A stretch of 63,823 bases of DNA, counting the filler, from Reticulomyxa filosa (Eukaryota > Protista > Foraminifera): the NCBI GenBank assembly GCA_000512085.1. It is 26 parts of 26 records of this genome, joined end to end, with 100 filler letters (N's around TTAATTAATTAA, not from the genome) between each part and the next. Parts side by side here need not be neighbours in the genome. Positions count along the whole stretch, not along the records: positions 36,360 to 38,088 come from ASPP01041042.1; positions 38,189 to 42,720 come from ASPP01008299.1; positions 42,821 to 47,573 come from ASPP01030415.1; positions 47,674 to 50,033 come from ASPP01000574.1; 22 more parts are not named here. One strand, given 5' to 3'. The translations under genes were made by a program, and so were the position numbers. A model generated the notes under the pieces. That model was not told where the DNA came from and made no database searches. It saw only the letters and a list, made by a program, of their open reading frames with translations. How positions within the stretch are numbered: position 1 is the first letter of the stretch; each line of letters opens with the position of its first letter. Shown here one piece after another: positions 36,746 through 48,026 of this stretch.

Positions 36746-38188
36746 TATGGATTGTGAGAAAACGTTGGACCGAGATTGGAGAATGGCACTGAATTCATAT
36801 TGAAGGTAGAGCAGGTCCATTTGGCGATTCCAATATCTTTGACCGCATCAACCAATCTTTTTCTACTTTATTCTTTCCAACCTATACATATCACAGTAAC
36901 AAAAATTAAATAAAAACTATTTGTGTTTGTGTGGATGCGAAAAACAGAAAGGGGGAACAAATTATACACACAAACAAAACTATTGTTTTGCTTGTCGACT
37001 GGTTCCTGGTATGGTCATTCTGCATTGTCTATTTTTTTATTTTAAACAAGTCAAACAAAAAAATATATATATTTGTAAATATACTTAACTGTTGACTGAT
37101 GTCCACTGGACATAAATAGTATTGGAGTCATAGCTCCACCGTTAAAAATAAAAATTTAATTTAATTTTTTTTTTTTTTTTCTTTTTTTCTTTTATCAATT
37201 CTTTTTTTTTTTCAAATTATTATTATCTTTTTTTTTTCCCAATTATTATCTTTTTTTTCTCTCCAATTATTATCTTTTTTTCTCCTATAAAATATTTCTT
37301 TTTTTCCCCTTCAATACATATTTTCTTTTTTTTTCCCACCATTTATTCTATTTTTTTCACCCCCCTTTATTATCCCTTTTTTTTCCCCCCTTACACTTTC
37401 CACAATTCATTCCAAAAAAAAATTTTTGTTTCTCTCTTGGCCGTCGACATCTATGCAAACACACAAACAAAAGTATTTTTTATATTTTAAAGAATAACCT
37501 AAGAAAATACAATTACCTTTTGCACTTGGACTTCAAACTCCAATTCCATATTCCTTTCCTGTGGGCAAATACAAAAAAAAATTTATTTTGTTTATTAATG
37601 AGGGAGAGGGGGAAACAAACAAACAAAATAATATATATGATCTCTCTTGAAAGGGGGAATTCCTGTGTTCACAAAACACAAACACAATCACATTGTTTAA
37701 AAAAATAAAAATATATACACATATTAAATATAACAAACCTTTAATTATTTTTGCGTATACGGGGCTGGCCTTCGACCCCATACATATATTTGTGTGTGTG
37801 GAGGTGATGGGATGGGGAAACACATTAACAATCTTGACTGTGGAGGGGACTCCTATATTACAACACACAATATGTTAATATAATTTTTTTTGAAAAAAAA
37901 TAACACAAACCGTTTTTACTCCTTTCGGAGACGGGGTTGGATTTTACCCCTCGTTTTTTTTCATCACCACTGACGACTATTTAAAAACACACAAACAATC
38001 GCTTATGTATGTAAAAGACAAAATAAATAAAATAACTTTTACCTTATCTTTGGTATTTTGGTACCAATCATACCTTTGCATTGTCGTTNNNNNNNNNNNN
38101 NNNNNNNNNNNNNNNNNNNNNNNNNNNNNNNNTTAATTAATTAANNNNNNNNNNNNNNNNNNNNNNNNNNNNNNNNNNNNNNNNNNNN

Positions 38189-38953
38189 ACAATAGTGCCA
38201 TCTTAATGGAATGCCAAATTATGGACGAAATCAATTATTGCTTTTTGAAAGAACAGCTGCTACGACAAAGAATACATTTGTTCCATCATTTGAAGCCGCA
38301 CACACAATCTCATATTTTGAGAACTACCGACAACATCACGTTTCCGATTCTTAATTACATTGGTTCGCTTTTTTTTTCATATCAATAAAAATATATACAT
38401 ATTCATATATATATATTTTTTTTTTTTGTGTGCAAAATCAAATAAAAGATATTCCGGGAATTCGGGAGTTATTGGCGTTTTATCATTCGAATGCACAATC
38501 GAACGAGGAAATTAAAGAAGTTTTGTCTTGCTTTTGTGTTGTTTTTAAAAAAAAAAAGGATACATTGTCGCAAAACTGTGATCTGATTTGACAATGAATA
38601 GGTCCTCAAAATCCGGTCGAAATTGCACAGTGCGTCGCCTCTTTTGGAAATGAACGCAAAGTTTGCTGGTATCTTAAAGCAAATCGAAAAACACCACAAC
38701 AGCTGGCCTTTCAAAAAAACCTGTCAACAGCTCTAGTGCTCCTTTGTACTACGATGTGATCAAGCAACCTATGGATTTGTCACAAATCAAGTCCAATGTC
38801 AACAATTACTATTATAAGTCCAAACAACAGTTTATCAATGATTTCAAGCTAATGATTAACAATTGCAAAATATACAATGCCAAACACAATATTTATCATA
38901 CCATGGCACTTGAATTAGATCAGTATTTTGATACTTTAACACAAGATTTGTGA
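38189..38953 (+). CDS. GCN5: GCN5/PCAF histone acetyltransferase C-terminus with bromodomain (5' partial)
   Basis: AILMEC...INY..L...Q (end of HAT domain), DIPGIRE, SWPF.KPV..YYDVIKQPMDL..MINNCKIYN. Frameshift in an A7 run near 38715. Confidence 0.85.
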
Positions 38954-39258
38954 CTCTCTGGTTTGTTCTTTGTTACTTGCGGTTTCTCTTCCTAAGAAAA
39001 TGAAAGAGAAAGATAACAATGTGCAATTTTAACCCATCTCGTGACACTTTTTAATTATTCGAGAACTGTGACAGTACTTTTTACAAGATACATAACTTTC
39101 ATATTTCTACTTCTAGTTGAGAACTTCTCATACAAAGCTATTTTTCTGTTTACCTCCACTAAAAGCAAAGTTCTGAACTTTGGCCCCTTACTTTTGTTTT
39201 TTTGTTTTGTTAGAAACTAAGTGTTCTTTACTTTTCTTGTTAATGTTTACAATTGTTT

Positions 39259-39436
39259 AACCTTTTGAGGTTATTAAATGGGTAAATATGCAAAAAGACC
39301 GCATAAAAAGTGTTTTACTACCCAAAGGAAAAGTGAATCGGGTTTGAGGAGTAGATAAAAAGGTGCAAGCGGAAACCCGCAAGATGTTTAACCACTTTTT
39401 TGTTACGACTAAATTTCGCATCTTTTTGCTTGATAA
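39259..39436 (+). ncRNA. Atypical U13/SNORD13/snR45-like snoRNA (candidate guide for 18S helix 45 acetylation)
   Basis: CCTTTTGAGGTT (39261-72) is antisense to 18S AACCUGC(A/G)GAAGG and TTGTTACGACT (39400-10) is antisense to AGUCGUAACAA, in the same order as in U13. C-like TGAGGA 39345-50 and D-like TTGA 39430-33 bracket a 10-bp stem. Confidence 0.7.
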
Positions 39437-39467
39437 CAGGTACAATTATTGCAATTTTTTTGTTTGT

Positions 39468-39533
39468 TTGTTTGATGATATTTGTTATCCCTGTCTGAGA
39501 CGCTTAAACTGATGAGGTTTTCGTACTGAGCAT
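39468..39533 (+). ncRNA. Box C/D snoRNA, snR38/SNORD1-like
   Basis: C TGATGA 39473, guide GTTATCCCTGT 39484-94 complementary to LSU ACAGGGAUAAC, D' CTGA 39495, C' TGATGA 39510, D CTGA 39526. The D+5 rule gives the G equivalent to yeast 25S Gm2815. Confidence 0.88.
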
Positions 39534-39899
39534 TGCATTGTTCTTTTTTATGTTAAATTTTTTTTTCGTTTTTTTACAAGTGTGATGTTTTTCAATAGGA
39601 AGTCGTAGCGGGGAAACGATGTCAAGCATAAATTGTTTAAAAAGTTTTTATTTTTTTTTAAACGTAATTGAAATAATTTATGAAATTTTGATTATGTGTT
39701 TAGTGAACGCAACAAATTTTCTCCATTACAAAAACTTCTTTGAGCATATTTTAAAGTCCCAAAAAGTTCAAAATTCACATCTACATTAAACATCTTTAAC
39801 CACACAAAGATTTGGTTGTCGCAGATTCAAAAAAAATGACATTCGAAAGGAGACATCGCTATTTCAAAATTTTGCAAGCGTATAATGACAGTCTTCAAA

Positions 39900-40274
39900 C
39901 TAAAAAAGTTTTCCTTGTTTTTGCAACTTTTCGTACTCTTTTTTCAAATATTCTCCAAACGTTTTAAATTCTTCGAATGAAATAACTCCGTCACCATTAG
40001 TATCCACTCTGGGAGCCAGTTCGTTTCTCAATTTTTCAACAAACGGTTCCATGGCTTCCCTAGAGGGTGGTGGATTGTCAGGGTCACGTTCTTGACAAAA
40101 TATTTGCAGTGCTGTAAATAACAGTTTGTCAAATTCATTTCGGTCCAAGACATCATCGTCATTCTTGTTGAATTGCTTCCATATGGCACGTAAGTTTTCT
40201 TGATTGTTCAAAAAATCAGCTAAAACGTTACGATCAATTTCACTTGTATCTTGTTTGGTACCACAACAGCCCAT
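39900..40274 (-). CDS. Small N-acylated two-EF-hand calcium-binding protein (124 aa)
   Basis: MGCCGTK myristoylation/palmitoylation motif. EF loops NKNDDDVLDRNE and DTNGDGVISFEE. Complete single-exon ORF. Confidence 0.88.
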   Translation of the reverse strand: MGCCGTKQDTSEIDRNVLADFLNNQENLRAIWKQFNKNDDDVLDRNEFDKLLFTALQIFCQERDPDNPPPSREAMEPFVEKLRNELAPRVDTNGDGVISFEEFKTFGEYLKKEYEKLQKQGKLF

Positions 40275-41175
40275 TTTGATTGCTTTATTCTAAGTATTGA
40301 TTGGTTGTTTTTTTGTGCGGTATAGTCTTTTTGATAAAGTGTGCAAAGCATCTCACCCTCAATAAGGATTAACGGTTTGACTTAAAAGAGAAGAGAAATG
40401 GAAAACTCAATAATAGCTGCGCTTGATGACGAATGTATCCAGCAATAATACAAAAAACGGGAGCAATTTTGAAGAACTTATTTTTTGTGTTCTCCACTGA
40501 AAAAAACTGTTTTCTGGAGTTACAGTCCTGAATTTTAGTGGTACGACTACAAGTACATGTTTGGCAGACTTACTGACATTTGTGTCTTGCATTTCAATAA
40601 ATTTAATTGTAAAACGTTTAAAAGCATTTTTTTTTGTCGAAACACAAGCGGAATGTATACAAAGTTTGATTTGCCAGAATCAACAGTGATTTGAATACTC
40701 TAATTTTAAAATTAATACAAGGCATAAGTTCCAAATTTGCTTTTCTTTTTTTCCTCATCCAATGCACAAAATTTGATAACAAAATATCACTTAAAAGAAA
40801 CAAGTGCAAGTAAATTTGCACAGTTTGTTCTTTTGAAAAAGAATATACAACTGACTTCATTTCTATTTTTTTATTCTTTTTAGTGACATGAATTTATTTG
40901 CAATCAATCGCAAAAAACTCTAATAAAATCCATCCTATTAACAATGTAAACTTTCACTAGGTTATCTGCAATTGATAACAAGTATATAAAATTTTATTTT
41001 CTCATTTGAAATAGCTCATTTTTGGTGTTTATGTTAAGTTCCTGTTACTAGTTATATTTCTGCGGAACAAAAAACACAAGGTGAGCTCGAAAGGGAGTGT
41101 TACGGAGTGGGCGGATTTTTTATCAATTTTCGAGTTCAAGTCTCTACTTTTGTTGAAACATTATTTAGGAAGGAA

Positions 41176-42399
41176 TGGCTGTCAATAATAGCAATGAAAA
41201 AAACAAGAGACCGTTTAAACATTTGAGAAAAAAAGCAACACTGTATTCAGTTAGGATTTGGTGTTAACGTTTGGAGTAAGTTGTAACCAAATCAAAAAAT
41301 GTAACCAAAAAAAAAAAAAAAAAAAAATAGTCTGCAGAAGAGATCACAATGATTTTGGAAAGATGGATTCGGTCATTGTCTATCCGATTAGGATGGATTG
41401 ACGACTTCAATATAATTATCTCACAATATGTTTGGTATAATCGCTAGGGTCTATATAGTTTAATTTGTTGGGTCTGGATTGCATCTGCAAACGTGCAAAC
41501 AATAAAAACGAACAGGCTAAATACTTCAAACTAATCAAAGTGCTTGACGACCACTTTCGAACGGTGACGAGTGTGACATTTTCTCCAGACGACACGAAAA
41601 TAGCATTAACATCGTATGACACCACTATTCGAATCTGGGAAGTGCCATCCGGGGACGTAGCGCAAATGTGCAAGGGGCACACACATTGGGTCAACAGTGC
41701 AGATTTTTCAAGAGATAGCAGTTTAATAGTGTCGGGTTCCGACGACAAAACAATTCGATTGTGGGATACAAATACCGGCAAAGAAATAAAAAATTTGAAG
41801 GACATGCGCTTAGTGTTATGAGCGTGCACTTTTCACCCAACGCACAAAACGTGGTATCCAGTTCAATTGACAAGACTATTCGACTGTGGGACGTACAGTC
41901 TGGACAAGAAGTGAAAAGAATGATCGGACATTCCAATGTTGTAAAAACAGTACAATTTTCTCCAAATGCTCAAACTATTGTCTCAGCTTCGTATGATGCT
42001 GTCATTGCAATATGGGACGTACAGTCTGGAGAAAAGATGTACGAATTGCTGAAACATGTAAATCGGGTAATGAAAGTGAGATTTTCTCCAGATGGTCTTT
42101 TCCTTGTTTCCGGCTCGGATACCGGCACAATTCGGGTATGGGACGTAGCGTCTGGGAGTCAAACCACAATTTTGCAAGGACACAAATCTGGAGTCACGGA
42201 TGTAAGGTTTTCACCAAATGGCCAAACTATTGTGTCGTGTTCCAATGATGGGACTATTCGAATATGGGATGTGAAGTCTGCAAAAGAGGTACAGAGAATT
42301 TATAACCATTCCAGAAGTTTGACCGGAATAGATATTTCATCTGAAGGTGATACACTTGTGTCTTCCTCTATTGATGGAACAATCCAATTGTGGGAATGA
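41176..42399 (+). CDS. WD40-repeat protein (about 7 repeats) with N-terminal WIR/GWIDDF module
   Basis: Exons about 41176-41249, 41331-41429 and 41516-42399. Repeats GH...V.FSP...S.D.TIR.WD. One base is missing in the A run near 41790. Confidence 0.9.
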
Positions 42400-42820
42400 C
42401 ACAAACTATGCAAAAATAATTGATCCAATTTGAAGAACAAAAAAAAAAAAAAAAAGAGATAAATGCTTTTTTGAGTCGAAGCTGAGTAATGCTTTTTTTT
42501 TCCTCCACTCGTTTAATATATCGAAAATGTGCAAGACTTATTTTAGTAGTTTTTACTGTATTTTTGGATGGCGATTATATATTCAAATCATGTTTTGTTA
42601 CAGTATATAAAAGTTTGGATAGCAAATCAACTAAATCTTCGCACTCTTCAGTTTCTCTAAATCGTATGTTACGATAAAAAAAAATTTTACGCCTGTTTTC
42701 CAGATCTTTTTGCCACTTTTNNNNNNNNNNNNNNNNNNNNNNNNNNNNNNNNNNNNNNNNNNNNTTAATTAATTAANNNNNNNNNNNNNNNNNNNNNNNN
42801 NNNNNNNNNNNNNNNNNNNN

Positions 42821-42860
<40 letters not shown>

Positions 42861-42929
42861 GTATACTTATACATAAATAAATATATATGTATATGTTTAT
42901 AAGTATTATGTACAATCTCTTCCTCTTTT

Positions 42930-44325
42930 GCAAACTCAGAAAGACAAAATACACCAGCGTAACAAAGTGTCTATTGTGTTTGACGGGGGTCGATGTTTGC
43001 ACTTGAAGAAACAAAAGGACCATTCCACAAACGAATGTAAAGAGAACACGCAGGACAGCAGTTGCGCATCTGCTCTTGCAGAAAACGACCATGACACAAA
43101 GCAAACAGAAATTCAACTCAAAATAGAACCTGATGTCGATGAGAACGGAGTTTTAGTTTTGCATAATAATAACAACCCCTCCTTGTCTATTTGTTTATTA
43201 TTATTATTATTTATTATTTATTATTGTTATTATTGTTAGTTTTTTTTTTTTTTTGTAAATCATATAAAAAAAAAAAAAATTATTAATCCAACTTTGAAAT
43301 GGTTTGTGTGGGACATTTGAAAAGCAGACACGTGAGGAGAAAGGGATAACAGGTAGTCGTGGTAAAGACAACAAGGAAGGGGACCGATCAAAGGTTGAGA
43401 TAGTGAAGGTGAACTGGACGATGGACAACAAAGAAGTGGAGTGCGACGAAGTACGACCAAAGTTAGAACGTGAGCCCGAATCAGAGCTGAACGTGATGTG
43501 CACAAATGTAGCGAACCAACACATTGGCATGGACGTATGCACAAGTAATGGTAGTACTAGTACTTTCAATAATGCCGCAACTGCCAAGGGTGATGAAAAA
43601 ATGTGTCATGTGGAAGTAGTTCATGTAGGACAATCGTCACATTGCAGCACTGTGAATAGCAACAAAGAAAATGCGTCGCCTGCTTTCAACAGCGACGTGG
43701 TCGAGACCCTATCCCAAGCCAAGCAGTGCCTCCGACGAAGGGAGATGCAACAAGTGGTTGACCGTTTGCAAACGTGTGTGAACAATGACAACAGCCAACA
43801 CTGGAGTGGACATCCTCTCATGGTTGAATGCTATCTGCTTCTTTCATTTGCACTTGCGCATTTACATCTCTTTGAGCAAGCTCAAAACTATTTACAGTTG
43901 CTGAAAGTCCGTCATCACTTGTTGCCAACGATGCAACTTAAAGTTTCACTTTTTTTTTTTTTTATTATTATTATTTTAAAAAAAAGGTCAAACGAAAAAA
44001 AAAAAAAAAAAGGTTTTGAATTTGTTGTATGGTATCAATGAACGGTTGGAACAAAAGCAAAAAGCCAATGAAAACTTAAAGTTACTTGATTTGCACTTTG
44101 ATAACAAGCGCTGCTAAAATTGATTTGTTCTTTTGTTTATTTTGTTTTGTTTTGGTATCCAGAGAGATTATGGAAATTATGGAAAATTGGGACGAAATCG
44201 AACCTCCACCAATCCACGAAATCAAGTCCAGCCTTCAACAAATTGCTTCACTGTATGGTACAAACGAGCCATCGATGTGGACATTGACCTATTTTTTTGG
44301 AAAGCATTTTTCTCTAAACACTTAA
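42930..44325 (+). CDS. Multi-exon hypothetical protein with a TPR-like helical segment
   Basis: Coding-like exons between poly-T/A introns. ECYLLLSFALAHLHLFEQAQNYL resembles a TPR helix pair. Confidence 0.45.
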
Positions 44326-44764
44326 TCCCTTTTTCCTAATAGAAGTTTGTAAACGAAGGAGAAAATGTGATTTTTTTTGGTCTTTGAACTACAAAAATGG
44401 ATGCTGATAATTTCAGTACATACATGATATTTGTAAATGTCTCGGCAACACGATTCCATGATGTCAAATGTTTAAATGTACAGATAACGTTTTTAGCGGA
44501 CCGGTTACACACTTGTGACAATGTTAGAATAATTAAATAATTAAAAAATCTAAAAGCTTTCGCTTCAATCATAAAACAAAAAAAGTCTCTTTTAAAAGCA
44601 GAAGCGGCACGCTAACAAAAAAAAGAGATAAAGGGCGACCGTTACTGTGACAACCTCTGTTTGATCACGTGGGTTGGAATGACGTCAACAAAAACACGCT
44701 ATTATATGTGTATCTGTTTTCAAAAAGCGACATTTATTTGTTCGTTTCCTCTTTTTTTCTTTTG

Positions 44765-46198
44765 ATGGAGGCACTAAATCAATTTCGTGAGTTAGCATTG
44801 AATGGAGAATATGAAAAAAGTTTGCAAAGTTTTGACGAGTTTACGAAAGAGGTCAAATGTATGGAAAAAGACAAAGAAAAAAATACAATGATTGAGGGAT
44901 ACTCTTGGAAGCAAATGCAAAATGAGCTGTGCAAAGAAGCACACGTGGTCAAGCAAATAATTCACGAATTAAATGCATTTAAGCAGAGCATAGACTTTGG
45001 GGACATTGGCCCCAATGTCCAAGAGCAAGAAGAAAAAGAGGTCAAAAAGGCGAAACCGATCTTGCACGGTGCCAACAACAATACCGTTAAAACAATAAAA
45101 AAACAAGTATCAAAAACAAGCAGATCCAAGCTGTCATTAACAGGGAAAACTCCAGTACAAAGTACAATTACCAATAATAATAATAGTAATAGTGAAGCAA
45201 AAATAAAACCAATTGGATTTTCAGAGAATGAATCAACAAAAGGTGAGAAAGAGAAAAAATATGAATGTCCAAAAGGGATTGATCAAGAGATTGTGTCGAT
45301 GATTGAAGATAGTGTGATCGATCGTAGCAATGGAATTAGTTGGCTCGATATTGCATCATTGAACGAGGTGAAGTCGCTATTACAAGAAACAATAATCTTG
45401 CCCTCTGTGATGCCGGAAATATTTAAAGGGATCCGCAAACCATTGAAGTCGATTCTACTCTTTGGCCCTCCGGGTACAGGCAAAACAATGTTGGCAAAGG
45501 CCGTGGCTAATAACAAGGACTCCATATTTTTTAACGTGGCTCCATCTTTGGTCGTTAGTAAATGGCGAGGCGACTCCAGCAAGCTTATTAAAGTCTTGTT
45601 TGAAATGGCAAGATTTTATAGTCCGTCCGTTATATTCTTTGACGAAATCGATAGCATTGGAAGCGAACGAAGTGCAAATGGAGAACACGAAGCGACACGG
45701 CAAATGAAGTCCGAATTGCTAATCCAAATGGATGGAGTGAACAATTGTAAAGATTGTAGAGTGATTATTTTAGGAGCTACAAATCACCCATGGCTGATTG
45801 ACGATGCCTTGAGACGTCGATTTGAGAAAAGGATTTACGTACCCTTGCCAGACAAACCTGCAAGAATTCAGCTGTTTCAAATGTACTTAAAAGATATGGA
45901 GTTATATAAAGACGTCGAATTTCCGATGCTGGCTGATTTAACAGAAGGATACAATGGTGCTGATATCAATGCCATTTGCAGAGACGCTGCGATGATATCT
46001 ATTCGAACACAAATCCAGCGGTTTTATTCTGGCTCCAATTTTAACTTAAATTCTCAAACTTTGCAAAACATTCAAATCCAAAATGTTCCCATTTCCGTGC
46101 AAGATTTTCAGTCTGCTGTCTCACGTATCAAATCTTCTGTATCTTTTCAAGATTTGGAAAAACACACCAAATGGTTTCAGACATTTGGCAGTTTGTGA
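44765..46198 (+). CDS. KATNA1: Katanin p60 microtubule-severing AAA ATPase
   Basis: N-terminal RELALNGEY (MIT-like), GPPGTGKTMLAKAVA, SKWRG, LFEMARFY, FFDEIDS, HEATRQMKSELLIQMDG, RRFEKRIY, terminal FGS. Intronless. Confidence 0.9.
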   Translation: MEALNQFRELALNGEYEKSLQSFDEFTKEVKCMEKDKEKNTMIEGYSWKQMQNELCKEAHVVKQIIHELNAFKQSIDFGDIGPNVQEQEEKEVKKAKPILHGANNNTVKTIKKQVSKTSRSKLSLTGKTPVQSTITNNNNSNSEAKIKPIGFSENESTKGEKEKKYECPKGIDQEIVSMIEDSVIDRSNGISWLDIASLNEVKSLLQETIILPSVMPEIFKGIRKPLKSILLFGPPGTGKTMLAKAVANNKDSIFFNVAPSLVVSKWRGDSSKLIKVLFEMARFYSPSVIFFDEIDSIGSERSANGEHEATRQMKSELLIQMDGVNNCKDCRVIILGATNHPWLIDDALRRRFEKRIYVPLPDKPARIQLFQMYLKDMELYKDVEFPMLADLTEGYNGADINAICRDAAMISIRTQIQRFYSGSNFNLNSQTLQNIQIQNVPISVQDFQSAVSRIKSSVSFQDLEKHTKWFQTFGSL

Positions 46199-46606
46199 AC
46201 AATAAGTAATGGCAGATTTCATTCCACTATAGGAATTGTCGTGAACAAATCCTCTAGTCTAGATTCTTTTCCCCAAATTTTTTCATTTTTATTTATATAT
46301 TTTTTTGGTCAAAGCAATGCAACCTGGATGACAACAATTTGTCAATTGCCTGGTTCTTGCGAAATTAATCTTTGGAAGTTTGGCTACATTGACTATTTTT
46401 GATTTTCAAGTTTTATCAGTTTAGGTTTATTTAAATTAATAAAAGAAATTTTTTAAACAAATTTTTTTGTCAAGGATAAAATTAATTATTCAAAAAACGC
46501 CAATAACAAATAAATACAAGACACCCAAAAGTAAACAGTATCGACTGTTTTTGTGGGAGTCCCCACCGCAATAGATAAAAATTTCTATTTATTAAAATTA
46601 TCTAAG

Positions 46607-47430
46607 ATGATAACATCATTGTTTGTTTTTTCCTGGAAAATTGTCAAAAAATTAGCTTCATTTTTGCCCAATTGGGTGAAGAGAATCCCATTCTCTTCTC
46701 CCATGTTTGTGGGATGTGGTGTGAGGTGAGTGAATTTTTTCCCATTTTTTTTTAGAAATGTGTTCCCTCCTCCCCCCTCCCCTTCCAAAAACATCACAAA
46801 AAAAAACTTTGAAATAAAATCGGAAAACAATGACTTAGAGTGTTGATATTGCTACTATTTATGGTGATGGTAACATTATTAGCGATAACGTGTTACGTAA
46901 TGACTTATTGGTACGTAATTCCGACCCTTCACCACGAATACCCAGTGTACCTGGACTACAGGCAGCAGCCGTTTCCTTTCGGCGTGATGGAAATGTCCCC
47001 ATCGCAATTGGACATAAAAAACACGAAAGCCACGCGTTATTCTTTGTCCACGCGTCAATACTATGATGTGAGCGTGTCAATCCGCATCCCAACCAAGTCC
47101 TCCGTCCATGAATTAGGGAATGTAATGTTCACAGTAGAGTTGTATGGATGCAAAGGAGGAGCAAGAGCAGAAGAAGAAGAAGAAGAAAGAAAAGGGAAAA
47201 CAAAGGGAAAAGGAAGAGGAAGAGGAAGAGGGAAAAGAAGAGGGAGAGAAGATGCGGCTCCAGTAGAAGATATCGACGTCGATGTAGAAAACGAAGGCAA
47301 ATCATGTCCATCCCCGCAACTGGGATTGATGCCTACCTACACACAGCGAGGAGACGTGTTGCTCGTTACAAAAACCAAGCCTTTGCTGATCGAATATAAG
47401 TCTTGGTTTATTGTCGACTACCTTGATAAA
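46607..47430 (+). CDS. BSCL2: Seipin (lipid droplet biogenesis), 3' partial; exon 1 46607-46725, exon 2 from 46839
   Basis: TM helix then YWYVIPTLHHEYPVYLDY, L..RQYYDVSVSIRIP, ELGNVM, KPLLIEYKS. The GTGAGT donor joins in frame. Confidence 0.8.
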
Positions 47431-48026
47431 GTCATCTTTTTTTGCCGTATTTGTGGAATTGGAAAAGGCCAGAACAACTTTTGACCATTCCCGTCATTCA
47501 GGATTTTTATCACCGATCTGTGCGCTTTTTTTTCTTTTGTTGTTGTTTGAGGAAGAGGGGGGGGGGGAGGGGANNNNNNNNNNNNNNNNNNNNNNNNNNN
47601 NNNNNNNNNNNNNNNNNTTAATTAATTAANNNNNNNNNNNNNNNNNNNNNNNNNNNNNNNNNNNNNNNNNNNNAACCCTGTAACCGAGAGTGCAAAAGAC
47701 ACGCTATGCCACATTAAGAAGGCTATCCACATTCTCTAATTTAAGAAATTTGAAAATACTATTTTGGGTAAATCTCCAAGAAAAGCTATCATTAAATGGA
47801 AGTACCGAATAAAAGCTTTTATGCTGACAATAATATTAAATACATTTAAATTTATTAAGCATGATATTTTATTAATATCAAATTCAGGAAATGGACAAGA
47901 AGTCCACAATCGGTCAAGGAAAAAAAAAGTAGAAGGGAGCCTTGAAAAATTGGAGCTAAATGATAAGCGATATGAGGATCGTCCCGAATCTATATCAATA
48001 TCAATATTTTTTTTCTTTGGAAATAA

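Noticed and set aside
37145-37420. Degenerate pyrimidine-rich tandem repeat of about 21 bp
   Set aside because: It begins right after a long poly-T and decays progressively, consistent with read slippage or simple low-complexity DNA.
39251-39447. Telomerase RNA or RNase MRP reading of this structured region
   Set aside because: No telomere-like template and no CR-V/P4 pairing. The two 18S-antisense elements fit U13 better.
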